Notes under the pieces: generated by a model
Seen by the model: only the letters and a program-made list of their open reading frames with translations
Database searches by the model: none
Told to the model about the DNA's origin: nothing
Assembly (NCBI RefSeq): GCF_009914755.1
Contig: NC_060936.1
Reading direction: 5' to 3' (one strand)
DNA from: the human T2T-CHM13v2.0 reference genome, Homo sapiens
DNA length: 64,000 nucleotides
Part shown: positions 1 to 14,855 of the stretch, piece by piece
Layout: every line of letters begins with the position of its first letter
Position numbering within the stretch: position 1 is the first letter of the stretch
Translations under genes and position numbers: made by a program

Positions 1-492
1 ACTTAACAATAACAAGCAATTGAGAAAGGACTCCATTCAATAAATGGAGCTAGGATAACTGGCTAGCCATATGCGTAAGGTTAAAACCAGACCCCTTCCT
101 TTCACCATATACAAAAATCAACTCATCATGAATAAAAGACTTAAATATAAAACCTAAAACTATAAAAATCCTAGAAGAATTTATACAAAATAGCATTCTG
201 GACATAGGCCCTGGCAAAGATTTCATGATGAAGACTCCAAAAGTAATTGCCAAAAAAAAAAAAAAAAAGAAAAAGAAAAAAAAACACAAAAAAAAACCCA
301 GAAACTGACAAGTGCAATTAAACTAAAAAGCTTCAGGACAGCAAAAGAAACTATCAACAGAGTAAACAGACAACGTAGAGTATGGGAGACAATATCTGCC
401 AACTACGCGTCAGAGAAAGATCTAATATCTGGAATATATAAGGAGCTTAAACAATTCAACAAACAAAAACCAAACAACCCCATTAAGAAATG

Positions 493-944
<452 letters not shown>

Positions 945-1418
945 GGCAAAGACATGTGATCAAGCTAAATGCCCATCAGTGGTGGACTGGATAAAGAACA
1001 TTTGGTACATATACACCATAGAATACTACACAGCCATAAAAAGAGTATCATGGCCTTCATGGCAATATGGATAGAGGTGTAGACCATTATCCTAAGCAAA
1101 TTAATGCAGGAACAGAAAACCAAATACTGCATGTTTACTCTTCTAAGTGTGAGCTAAACATTGAGTATGCATGGACACAAAGAAGGGAACAATAGACACA
1201 AGGGGTAGAGTGTGGAGGATCAGGATCAAAATACTACTTCTCAGGTACTATGCTCGTTACCTGGATTACTTGATAATCTGTACACCAAACACCACAACAC
1301 ACAATTTACCCATGTAACAAATCTGCACATGTGACCCCTGAACCTAAGATACAAGTTGGATAAAACAAAGTGAAGAAAAATATTTTATTTTTGTTTTGTA
1401 ATAATGTGCTTTGAATAG

Positions 1419-1822
<404 letters not shown>

Positions 1823-3677
1823 TGATGCATAATCAAAGATAATTATAGCAAGTTGCATCTTCAAGGAGAATGCCAACATCAATCTCATTGAACCTCTTTG
1901 AATTAGTTTACTATCCTATAACTAAAAGAAGAGATTTATAGTTTACTGAAGTCAAAAAGTGGGCTTGAATTAAGGCTGCTTATATTGTATAAGTGAAATG
2001 CCAGAGTATTTTACTTTTATGTTTCTGTGGCCCAAGGGAATTAAAATAGATATTATGCCCTGAATCCCAGTGTCACTGTGACTGCCTGTGAACCATGTCA
2101 GAACCAATATCAACAAAGGCCTCTTCAGCTAAGACTTCCCAGTGTTAGAAAGACAAGAACAGTAGGATCTCTAAAGCCCTTATCATAATAGCCTACACAA
2201 TCAATATCACTGCCACAAAATCATGCAGCCAGGTCACTAAGGCATCTGCAGTCATCACTAACACTGATCTCACCTGGAGAAGCTGTATGGAGACTACACC
2301 ACTGCACCCACCTAGTACCAGAACAACTGCACTCTGCCCAACCGATGCCCTCCAGCCTGTCGTCAGGTGAAAGTTTTTCCCTATGAAAGTCATTCTCTGA
2401 AGTTTGGAAGAGGAGACTGTACCAGAAGATGCGCAAGCATTAATGTGGGAATACCAGAAACATGAAAATGCAAGGGAACATGATGCCACCAAGGGAACAT
2501 GAGAATTTCCCAGTATCTGACCCCCAAATTTACAGAAATTTATGAAGTTATTGAAAAGGAATTTAAATTAATGATCTTAAGAAAACCAAGAGAGACAAAA
2601 TAGTATACAAATAGAAAATTCAATGAAATCAGCAAAGTAATTCATGATCTCAATGACAAATTCAACAAAGAAATATATATCATAAAAAAGAATCAGAAAT
2701 CTTGAAGCCAAAGATTTCAATCAATTAAGCAAAAAAAAAAAAAAAAAAAAAAAAGCAATAGAGAGCTACAATAGTAGACTAGATAAAGCCAAAAAAGAAT
2801 CTGTGAACTTCTTGAAAATCAGTCTTTTGAAATGACTCATTCACAGGAAAAAATAAAAAAAGAATGAAAAGGGGTGAAGACAGCCTATGAGATTTATGGG
2901 ACGTCATTAAGTGAAGAAGTATTGCATTATGTTCTTTAAGAAGGGAAGAGACAGAGAAAGGGACTAACAGCTTATTTAATGAAATAAATTATGAAAAATT
3001 CTGAAAACTAAGTCTTGGGAGAGATATGGATATTCAGATCCCTAAAGCGCACAGATCCCAAAATAGATTAATCTAAAGAGGCACATTATAATCGTATTAT
3101 CAAAAGTCATATACAGAGAGAATTTTAAAAGCAACAGAGAAAAGCATCAAATTACATATAAGGGAATTTCCATAGAACATTAGCAGATTTCTCAGTAGAA
3201 GCCTTACAGGCCAGGGTAAAATGGCATGGTGCTGAAAGGAATAAGAATAAAACAAACACAAAACTGCTAGCCAGACATGCTGTCCTTCAGGAAAGAAGGA
3301 TAAATAAAGTGTTTCAAAAATAAACAAAAGCTGAAGGAATCCATTATCATTAGACCTGCCTTATAAGAAACAATTAAGGAAGTCCTTCAAGGAGAAACAA
3401 AGGGATGATTATTACTAACATGAATACATACAAAAGTATAAAACTTTCTTCTAGAGGTAATGGTGGTGCATAAATCATACCTACACCTAGTATGAAGGTA
3501 GAAATCAATTAATTCATTAATAATAGCCAATACATTGGTTAGAAGCACACAATGTAAAAAGATGCATATTTTGACATCAAAAACAAATTGTGTATCAGGA
3601 GGAGCATAAAAATCTAGAGATTTTGTATGCAACAGAAGTTGAGTTTTTATCAGCTTAAAAAAGTATATCTGTAAGAT

Positions 3678-4250
3678 TGTAACCAAGCTGCTTAGCTTCA
3701 AACTGCATTTTAAAAACTGTTTTTCTTTCTTTCCTCTTCTCTCCCCAGTCTCAGGACACAGCATTGAGACAAACTACAAATGCATTTTCTAGAACGTACT
3801 GTGAACCTCCATTCTCTTTCCCTTTCCACTTTATCCAACCATGCCTTATGCACATTTATTTACCTAAATGCTTGTCAAATGCACATCATGCTCACTTATC
3901 TGGTCATGTATTTTCTTAGAAGCTTCAGGACATGAATACTGACACAGAACAGACACCTCCAGAATTCTCTCCCCATACAGACCACCAAAAATTTTAACTG
4001 GCAAAGGGTCCAGCTGCTCACTGCTTGTAGAAAGAAGCCAAAATAACAAGAGTGAGGTGTGATAAAAAGAGAGGAGACTTTATTATCCATGCTGGCAAGG
4101 GGAAAAGTGGAAATTATTTTGGAAGAATTCCACCCACTTTTCCCCGTGTTAGCACAGACAATTAAAACTCCTCTCTTTTTATCACACTTTGTTTTGTGAT
4201 TTTGGTTTCTTTCTACAAGCGGCAAACAGCCGGAGCCTTTGCTGGTTACA
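3678..4250 (+). mobile_element. Solo ERV1-class LTR (family uncertain, possibly LTR24-like) inserted in the L1 inter-ORF region
   Basis: Starts TGTAACC and ends GGTTACA. 4-bp TSD AGAT at 3674-3677 and 4251-4254. The L1 sequence resumes seamlessly (taagat|gttttatgtaaacctcatgg). Confidence 0.85.
3993..4250. repeat. Long imperfect inverted repeat (arms 3993-4110 and 4134-4250)
   Basis: Manual alignment gives ~93/118 identity to the reverse complement, with a perfect 20-bp core (4057-4076 / 4168-4187). Confidence 0.93.
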
Positions 4251-7200
4251 AGATGTTTTATGTAAACCTCATGGCAACCACAAAACAAAAATCTACAACA
4301 GATACACAAATGATAAAGAGAAAGGAATCAAAGCTTAGCACTACAGAAATTATCAAATAACAAAGGTAGACAACAAGAAAGGAAAAAGGAACACAGAAGC
4401 TACAAAATAACTAGAAGATAAATAAAATGGCAGTAGTAAGTTCTTACCTATTAATAATAACTTTGACTGTAAATGGATTTTGTTCCCTAACCAAAATCAT
4501 GTAGTTGCTGAATGGATTAAACAAGATTCACTGAAGTGACCCACTTAGGCCTTAAGGACACATGAAGGCTGAAAGTAAAAAGATGGAAGGGGAACATCCA
4601 TGTAAATGCCATCCATAAGAGAGCAGGAGTGGTTATACTTACATCTGATAAAATAGACTTCAAATCAAAAGCTGTCACAAGAGACACAGGTCATTTTTTA
4701 ATAATAAAAGGGTCATTCATTAAGATAACTCAACCACTGTAAATATTTATACACCCAGTATTGGATGAGCTAAATATATAAAGCAAATATCAATGAACAT
4801 GAAAAGACAAATAGATAGCAATACAATATGGTACTTCAAAATCCCACTTTCAACAATGAATAGATCAAGCAGACAGAAAATTAATAAGGTGATACTGGAC
4901 ATAAATTGAACTTTTGACAAAATTGCCCTAACAGACATATACAGAACTTCCCTTCCAACAGAAGCAGAGTACTTATTTTCCTCTAGTGTACACAGAACAT
5001 TCTCCAGGATAGATTGCATGTTAGGCCACAAAAAAAGCCCTAACAAACTTAATAAGATTGAAATAATATTTAGTATAATTTTAGACCACAATGATATGAA
5101 ACTATAAGTTAATAACTGGAGTAATCTTGTGTAGTTCACAAATATGTGGAAATTAAACAACATGCTCTTGAACAATCAATGGGTCAAAGAAGAAATCAAA
5201 AGAACAATTTAAAAACATCTTCAGGCAAATGATAATGGAAACACAATATACCAAAACTTATGGGATGCAGCAAAAGCAGTTCCAGGAGGAAAGTTTATAG
5301 CAGTAAATGCCTACAATTAGAAAGAAGAAAGACCCCAAATAAATATTCTAACATTACCCCTCAAGGAATGCAAAACGAATAAACAACTAACCAAAAATTA
5401 GCTGATGGGAATAATAAATATCAGAACAGCAGTAAATCAAATGAAGTACAGAAAAACCATAAAAATAATTAATAAAACTAAAGTTCACTTTTTGAAGAAC
5501 AACAAAATTTACAAACTCTTAATGAAAAGAAGAGAAAAGACTGAAATAAATAAAATCAAAAATAAAAGTGAAGAAATTCTAACAGGCTTCTCAAAATAAA
5601 GAGGATCGTAAGGGAATATTACGAAGAATTATATGCCAACAAATTGGATAAACTAGAGAAAATGGATAAATTCCTAGAAAAATATAAGCTACCAATATTA
5701 AGTCAATTAAAGTGATTTGAGAAGAAATCAAAACCCTTCCCACAAAGAAAAGCCCAAAACCAGATGATTTTAGAGCTGAATTTTACCAAACATTCAAAAA
5801 TAATTTATATCAATATTTCTAAAACTCTTCTGAAAAATAAAGCTAGAAGTGTACTTCCAGACACATTTTATGGGGCCAGCATCATCTTAACACCTAAGTT
5901 AGATAAAGATATCACAAGAAAAGTATGGTTAATTTCTCTGAGGAACATTCATGCAAAAATTCTTAGTAAAGTATTATCAAAACAAATCCAACAACACATG
6001 AAAAGATTATACATTGTGTTCATGTGAGATTTTTCCATGGCATGCAAAACTGATTTATCGTACATAAATCTATCAGTGTGATACATCACATTAACAGGAT
6101 CATCATAATTAACATAAAAAAAGCATTCAACAAAATCCAACATCCTTTCTTGATAAAAACCTTCAACAGTTTAGGTATAGAAGGAACGTTTATAATAATA
6201 AAGACTTTATGAAAAACCTACAGCTAACATTATAATCACTGGAGAGAACTGAAAACTTCCACTAAGATCTGGTAAGGCAAGGATGCCTACTCATGCCACT
6301 TCTATTCAACATAATACTGGAGTACTAGCAAGAACAATCAGACAAGAAAAAGAAATTAAATGTATCTAATTGAAAAAGAAGTAAAATTATCTCTATTTGC
6401 AGATGATGTTGTCCTATATGCAAAAACCTCCAAAGATACCACAAAAACATTATTACTAATAAATGAAATCACTAAATTGCAGAATACAAAATCAGCATAC
6501 AAAAATCAGTGGCATTTTTCTACACAAATAATGATCTAACTGAAAAGAAATAAAGAAAAACCCCACATACAATAACATTGAAAAGATAAAATAAAATACT
6601 TTGGAATAATTTTAACCAAGGAGGTGGAAAACTATATTGGTATGGTAAAACTTTACATTAAAACTATAAAATATTGATGAAAGAAATTGAAGAAAACACA
6701 AATAAGTGGAAAGATAGCCCATTGCTCATGGATTGGAGGATTTAATATTATTAAAATATCCATACTATCAAGAGCAATACACAGATTCAATGCAATCCCT
6801 ATCAAAATCCCAATGGCATACTTCACAGAAATAGTAAAATTATCCTAAAATTTGTATGAAAACGTAAAAGACCCCAAGTAGGCATAGCTATTCTGAGAAA
6901 GAACAACAAAGTTGGAGGCATCACACTTCCTGATTTAGAAGTATATTACAAAGCTATAGTAATCAAAACAGTAGCTTACTGGCATAAAAACATAAACATA
7001 GATCAGTGTGGCACAGGACAGAGACCCCAGAAATAGATCCAAACGTATATGGTCAACTAAGTCTTGACAAGCACACCAGGAAGACACAATAGGGAAAAAT
7101 AGTCACTTTAATAAATGGTGTTGGTAAAACTGGGTTTCCACATATAAAAGAAGGAAATTGGATCCTTAACCTACATTATACACAAAAATCAACTCAAAAT

Positions 7201-9339
7201 GGATAAAAGACCTAAGTATAAGACCAGAAATAATAAAACTTCTAGAAGAGAACATGGGGGAAATGTTTCTGGCTGTTGGACTTGGCAATGGTTTTCTGTA
7301 TTTCATATCAAATGCTCAGGCCACAAAAGCAAAAATGAATAAATGGAATTACATGAAACTAACAAGCTCTGCACAGCAAAGGAAACAGCTAACAAAATGA
7401 AACAGCTGCCTATGAAGTGGGAAAGATATTCACAACTCATATATCTGATAAAGGGTTAATATCCAAAATTTTATAAAGAACTCATACAGTTCAATCGTGG
7501 AAAAACTAATAACCTGATCAAAAAATGGGCAAAATACCTGGAAACACATTTCTCCAAAGAAGGCATAAAAATAGCCAGCATGCATATGGAAAGGTGTTCA
7601 ACATCATTAATTATCAGGGTAATGCAAATGAAAACCACTATGGGATATCACCTCATATCCATTAGATGGCTATTATCAAAAAGCAAAAGATAACAAATGT
7701 TGACAAATGTGTAGAGTAAAGGAAACTCTTGTACTCTGTTCTTGAGAATGTAGATTGTTACAGCCATTTTAGAAAACAGTATGGAGGTTTCTAAAGAAAT
7801 TAAAAATAGAACTACCATATGATCCAGCAATCCGTCTTCTGGGTATATACTCAAAGGAAATGAAGTCACCACCTCATGAACATATTTGCATTCCCATGTT
7901 CATTGTGGCATCATTCACAATAGCAAAGGGATAGAAACAACCTGTGTCTGTTGATAAACAAATGGATAAAGAAACTGTGGTACATATATACAATGGAATA
8001 CCATTTCGTTCTAAAAAAGAATGAGATTTTGCCAGTTGCCACAACATAGATGAAGCTGGAGACACTACGTTGTTAAATAGGTCAGACACAGAAAAATATT
8101 ACATCATCTCATTTATATGTTAAATTTTAAAACAACAACAAAAAAAATCAAAAATACAGATATACAGAAGAAAACCATGGTTACCAGGATTGGAAGAAAG
8201 GGGAAATGAACAGATATTCAGATGAACAGGTCAGAGGATACAAAGCAGCAGGTATGTAAGATGAACAAGTCTAGAGATCTAGTGTACAACATATAACTTT
8301 CCAACTTTAGCAACCACCATTATTAAAATTAAACAAGAAAATGTACAAGCAAAAACTTAATTTCTTCATAAAGTTACCAATATTTATTTCTAAAAGCTCT
8401 TAGAGATACCTATGTCTTATCTACTGCACAAATATGAGCTCATATTCAGAGCTAATACTCCGGTTAGAATGATAAAATGACAATGCCTGTATGTCTGGCT
8501 GTCTTTGAGTTTGTGGTGGAGTTGCATATCAGCATTTCAAATATCCAGCTCTCATTATTACTAAATCATTTTTTTCATATAGCTACCAATTACCACAACA
8601 GTTGTCAAATCAGACAAGTAAATAATATAAACCCGTTTTGTGAAAAAATAAAAAAAATTATAGTTTATACAAGTTAAAAAAGCATTACCTCTATCTGTTT
8701 CCTATATTTTAAAGCAACAAGGGTTGTTTGAGTATATTTTTATCCCTCTGGTGCTTAGAATAAAAATTTTAGTTTAGGAGGAAGTTTTTTATTAAATTGA
8801 GAAAGCAAGTTGAGGCTGATAGCAGAGAAATGGTTGCTATCTTATTTGTGTATGTATGACTCAAGGTTACGCAGGTAAGCCTGAGGCTACATAAATATGA
8901 ATGTGCCCAAATCTGGAATGATTTTAAATCCTCTAATGATGTAGAAAGCAGGAAAGCAAATTAGAAGGATGACATTATTGCTAAGCAAATTTGAGAATAG
9001 GATACCTCTAAAGGGAAGTAAATTATATTCACTGGCTAAAAAAACTTATACTTTTTTATTTAGTATTTTTTTGAATTTAGAGATATTCAGAGTATCTCTT
9101 CTGTGATATGCTTGATAAAAGATATTGAAAAGTGTTGTTATTGAACAAACCTTAAAATTTAAAGATGGTATATATCTCTGATAGGTTAGTAAATAATGAA
9201 ACTGATCTAGCCTTAGGAATATGAGAATTTTCATATATTATATCAAAATAATATTTATGGTTTCAAGTTTATGTCATTACTTTAAAAAATATTTCATATG
9301 AAGTAGAAGTAATTTAATAGGGAACTATACATACATTTA

Positions 9340-12300
9340 TATTTTAACTTTTATTGAGGTATATATACAGAAAAGAACATAAATCAGAATTTTAAAAGTT
9401 ATAATTATTACAAAGTGAACATATCCATTGAACACATCCAGATCAAGAAATAGCACATATCCTGCATCGCAGAAGCCCTCCCTTTTGTCCTTTCCCAACC
9501 ATTATCTCTTCTTGGCTTCCCAAAAATATGCCTTATCCTGACCTGTATCACTGTATATTAGTTTTGCTTGTTTTTTTGAACTTGATATAAATGGAATCAT
9601 ACAGAATGTATTCTTTGATACCTGGCTTCTTTCATTTACTTAATGCCTTGAGCTTCATCCATAAGTTTGCGCGTCAAAGTGGTTCTTGCATTTTGATTGC
9701 TGGTTAGATCACTCTTTATGAGTATTTCAGTTTATTTACCTATTTTGCTGTTGAAATAATTTTTACTTTTATTTTTTAAGTTGGCAGATACAGTCATACA
9801 TTTACTCCGTACAACATGATGTTCAATTCCAAAGTATAGATACACTGTGGAAGGACTAAACCTAGCTAATTAACACATGCATTACCTCACAAAGTTACCA
9901 TTTTTGTGGTGAGAACACTTTACATTTATTCTCCTAGCATTTTTCAAAAAGAATATATTAACTTTAGTCATCATGTTATTCCCAAATCATCTTGGAGTTA
10001 TTCCCCCTATTTAACTGAAATATTGTAGCCTTTGGCCAATACCTCCCAACTACCCTCTCCCCCTCCAACCATCCTGGCTGCTGGCAACCACCATTCTATT
10101 CTCTATCAGATCAGCAGTTGAATTCTTTTTTGATTGTTTCTAATTTTTTGACTCTTATGCAGTTGCAGCATTAATAATACATGTCTTTTTGGTGTCCATA
10201 CACATATAGTGCTGTTGAGCATATATAACTAAGGTATAATGGTTACATTACAGAGTATGTCAAACAGTTTTCCAAGGTTATTCACCAATTTACACACTCA
10301 CTTGCAGTGTGTGATTGTTCTAGAGTTTCCATGTCTTCACCAGAACATGATATTTTCAGTATTTTAAATTCTAGCCATTCTGATTGTCATGTAGTGATAT
10401 CTCATTATCATTTAATTTTCATGTCAAAGTTGTTAATGAGGTTGAATGAGGTTGATCACCTTTTAATAATTTTTTGGCCATTGGAAGGTCCTCTTTTATA
10501 ACATGCTTATTCAAGTCTTTTGCAAATTTTATTTTCTCTTTCTTGTTAATTTGTAGGAGTTTTTCATACTTTATTTTGGATCCAAGTCCTTTACTGACTT
10601 ATATGTATTATAAACAATCTTCTCCAACTTCTGACTTAAATTTTCCTTTTACCAACACAGTGGTGACTTCTGATAAAAAGATGTGCCTTCTTATCAATAG
10701 TTTTCTTTTTGATTACTGCTTTTCAAGTCTTATTTAAGACATAGGTGTTTTTCCTGTATTTCATTTTCTAGAAATTTTATTGTTCATTTTACCTTTCATA
10801 CTTACAACTATAATCTACCTGGAATAGATTTGTATGTATGACATGAAGTAAGGCGCTGAGTTTTATTTTTTTCCTTATGTATATCCATTTGATCAATTTC
10901 GATTTATTTAAATGGCCGTCCTTTTCTCACTGCTGTGCAGCAACACTTTTGTCATGACAGTGCCTACAAATACCTCATTTGCTTCTTGATTCTATTCTGT
11001 TCCATCAGCCTACTTGTTTGTATTCACATTACTCTTACATTGTCTTTATCATTATAGATTTATAACAGATCTTTATCTACTATTAATATATCAAGCTTAT
11101 TCTTTTTCAAATTTGTTTTGAATATTCTTGGCTCGTTTTATTTCTGAACAGATTTTAGTATCAGCCTAGCAGTTTCAAACACAAAAACATAGAGATAGAG
11201 AGAGAGACTTTACATTGAGTTTACAGATTGATACAGTGAAAAAGTCCATGTTAACAAGTATATCTCTTTGTTTATTTAGGACTTTAATTTCACTCATTAA
11301 TGATTTTTGGCTTACTGTGTGAAAATCTTGCATATCTTTTTATATTTAAGAAATTTTATTTTTATGCTATGGTCAATGGTATTGTTTACATTTGCATTGT
11401 TTGGTCCTGATATAACAACATGTAACTGTTTTTGTATAATGACCTACTTTCTGAAGCTCTTCCCTAGGTCACTTACTAATTGTAGTAGTTTTAATGTATA
11501 TATGTATGATTGTATTATGTACAGAGTCATGTAGTTTGAGAAAAGTATCAATTTTATTTCTTCTTTTATGCCGTTTATTTCTTTTTCTTACTTTATTCCT
11601 AGGATCCTCCAGTAAAGTATTTAATAGAATTGGTGGTAAAGCTCATTTTTGTCTCATCCAGATTATCAGGAAGAAAGCTTTCAATATTCATTATTAAGGA
11701 AAATGATTTTAGCGTTTTTTGTTATTAATGTATTATTTGTTTGGAGAAAAGCTATCAAATTAACAAAGTTTCTATTTTTGGTGTTTGGGATTTTATCTAT
11801 GTTTTTTCTTCATCTTCTGATGACCATGTGACTTTTCCCCCTCTTATTGTATTAGGAGTTAATGTGGTGAATTATAGTGACTGATTTTTTTAAGTGTCAA
11901 ATAATTCTTACAATCTTGAAATAAATACATCTTGGTTAATATATTATGCTTTTTAAATATAGCTGAATTTAATTTGCTGACATTTTGTTGAAGATTTTTT
12001 TTTTGGTAGACCTTGTTTTTAGAGCAATTTTAGATCACAGCAAAATCTTGTGGAAAGTTCAGAGCTTCTATATAACTTATGTTTTCATACATGCACAGCC
12101 TCCCCTACTATGAACATCTCACATTATGGCTGTATCTCCTTTAAAATTGATGAACCTATATTGATACTTCATTATCATCCAGAATCCATAATTTAAATAT
12201 ATTTTCATTCTTGGTATTGAACATTCTATGAAGTTTAAGTATTGTGACATGTATCCATCATTATAGCATGGTTTTACCTGCCCTAAAAATCTTCTATGCT

Positions 12301-13930
12301 CCACCTGTTATCCCCCTCTTCCTTTCTATTTTTGGAGATTCCTTTAAAATCTAGATTTTTAGTCAAGATTGATCTCTAATTTTCCTTTCTTATACTCTTA
12401 CTGGTTTTGGTTTCAGGGTTTTGCTCGTCTCATAAAATGGGCATGGAAGTCTTTTTCCCCGCTATTATCTAGAAGATTTTATGTACAATTAATTTTATTT
12501 AAATGTTTTGAAGTATTTAAAAATCAAATAAAACTCTCTGGGCCAGAAGTGACATTATGGGAAGGTTTTTAAGTTATGAATTCAATTTCCTGTGATGCAG
12601 ACTGCTTCTTAAATCTGTGGCTTGGTATCTTTCACTTATTTTCAGAACTTTTCCATCTCTTCAAATACTTCTACTTTATTTTCCCTTCTTAAACTTTGAT
12701 ACTTTAATGACACATATGTTAGAACTTTTTACCATATCACCTATATTTCACAGGCTCTGTTTGATGATTTTTCTGCTTTTTTTTCACAGTTGCAGTTAGA
12801 TGATTTTATTGTAACCTCTAGTTGTATCTAAACTTTCATTGAGTTTATAATTCCTAAACATTTTTCAGTTTAAATATTTTCATTTGATTCTTTATTATAA
12901 TTTCCAGTTCTCTGCTAATATTCTACGTATATTTCCTGAACATATTCATCCGAGTTATATTTAAGTCTGTAGCAAAAATAACTGATTTTATGTGTGTCTT
13001 TCTAATGTCTCTTTTTTCTTTTGAGAGTTTAATCATATGGTCTTGTCTTCCATTATATCACTGTTATAAGAAAATAGCTATTTTGGCCGGGTGCGGTGGC
13101 TCGTGCCTGTAATCCCAGCACTTTGGGAGGCTGAGGCGGGTGGATCACGAGGTCAGGAGTTCGAGACCAGCCTGGCCAACATAGTGAAACCCCATCTCTA
13201 CTAAAAATACAAAAAATTAGCCAGACATGGTGGCGGGTGCCTGTAATCCCAGCTACTTGGGAGGCTGAGGCAGGAGAATGGCTTGAATCTGGGAGGCAAG
13301 GTTATAGTAAGCCGAGACCGTGCTCTTGCACTGCAGCCCGGGCGACAGAGCAAGACTCCATCTCAGGAAAAAAGCAAACAAACAAACAAAAAACAGAAAG
13401 AAAAAAGAAAATAGCTATATTGAGATACCAGATGTTTTAATATCCCCACAGAGTGGTTCTTATTCTGACAGGCAATTGTCTTAAGGGAAGATCACTTCTA
13501 TTCATTAGGAATGGAGCTGACTTGAAGCTAGACTCCAATATTTGAGAGGGTTGGTTTCTTTCCAGTTTACCTCCATTATTAGCTATACCTCTTCAGGTGT
13601 GCAAACTGAATACCTGGGTGTTTTATGTCACCTTTTTTCCATTGTGAATTTTAATCTTCGATTTTCCTTTCCCAAGAAATTATTATGACTGGATTTACCA
13701 TTTAGTTTCAACGCCTGTCAGTCAGCCACATAGTTTTTGTTCAGTTTCTCAGCTCTTCAATTACTGTTTCCAATTAGCAAGTGTCCCAAGAAGGAAAACA
13801 GTTAAGACAATCAGTCTTATGTCTCTCTACATTTTTCTTTTTGGCCTTTTGATGCCTTAAGTGCTATTGCCTTTGAGTTCTCTGATGTATTCAAAAGGTA
13901 TTTCATTTTTATATTTTTTCCAGCTTGTTT
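9340..13930 (-). mobile_element. Old decayed L1M (L1MC/ME-like), with nested L1 3' fragments at ~9760-10110 and ~11995-12330
   Basis: Antisense L1 3'UTR/ORF2 remnants (atataaatggaatcatacag, ccaatttacacactcac, ttctagccattctg). The nested pieces begin with T-tails. Confidence 0.75.
13085..13404 (+). mobile_element. AluSg-like element
   Basis: Full dimer. 17-bp TSD aagaaaatagctat(t/a)tt at 13068-13084 and 13405-13421. Confidence 0.95.
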
Positions 13931-14669
13931 GGTTGTACTTGAGAAAAAGAGAGAGATAGAGGGTTGTACTTGAAAAAGGGAGAGAGAGAGAGATGAGAAA
14001 GAAATGAGAAATTGTTGGGCAAAATGCTATTCAGCCATTCACAGAAGAGTCAAATACATGTGTGATATTAACACTAGCGTCTTTACATTTTAAAAGTGAA
14101 TTCTAATGGGGAGCAAATAGAAGAAAATTGAATGTAGGGAAAAGGAAGATAACCACAGATATATTGATGGCAAAAAATAATGATAATCTGTCATGTGAAC
14201 CAGAAGTCGACGAGGCATCACTGAAATAATCTATTTTTATTTAACATCTGTTGGCACAAGTGAAGAGTAATTTTTGCTTGTTTGGTAGTTTATGGACCTT
14301 GAAGGAAATATTCACTTTTATTTTTTATTTTTTTGCCCTCACTTTATTCCCTGAAAATTCTTCATCAGATTTGTCTTTAGCTTTTTATTCATTTCTATTT
14401 TGGACCAAAATTAATTTGACAGCATTATCATTTTTCCATTTCCCTTTTGCTTAATTTTCAGCTTCATTTTAGTCTTGTGTTCAATTTTATATAAAATTAG
14501 GGAAAGGTGCATAGGTCTCATGCCCATTCATTTTCTCTCCTCTCCTTTTTTTCTATTCTGAATATTATTATTTTGTTTAGTTTATAGTATTATAGATTTT
14601 AAAGTAGATAAATCTTTCCATGTGTTACCATCATCAGAAATTATCTACACATTTAATAGTCAATAATAA

Positions 14670-14855
14670 TCTATGACAGCATTCTCCAATAAACTAATCT
14701 CTACAATATGATAGGCACATGTGATTATTAAACTCTTGAATTAGGTTAGTATTACTGAGAAATTTATATTGTAAGTTTTTTTTTAATTTTAACTAATTTA
14801 AATTTTAAATGGCCACATGTGGCTAGTAGCTACTACATTGTACAGTCAGATCTAG
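14670..14855. mobile_element. MER3-like hAT-Charlie fossil
   Basis: aattttaaatggccacatgtggctagtagctac...gatctaga. Confidence 0.65.

Larger units (their letters stand above)
2058..8292 (+). mobile_element. Near full-length decayed L1MA-type LINE-1 (5'UTR, ORF1, ORF2, partial 3'UTR), sense to ACSS3
   Basis: Continuous L1 homology, including ORF1 (cagatttctcagtagaagccttacaggccag), RT (ctctatttgcagatgat) and an L1MA-type 3'UTR (gatgaacaagtctagagatctagtgtacaac). Many stops and frameshifts. Confidence 0.9.

Noticed and set aside
252-296. A-rich run inside L1 as a separate insertion tail (similarly 2731-2754 and 30373-30388)
   Set aside because: The host element continues colinearly on both sides, so these are simple poly(A) expansions.
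3896-4309. 137-aa ORF over the LTR hairpin
   Set aside because: No recognisable domain or splice context; chance ORF across L1/LTR sequence.
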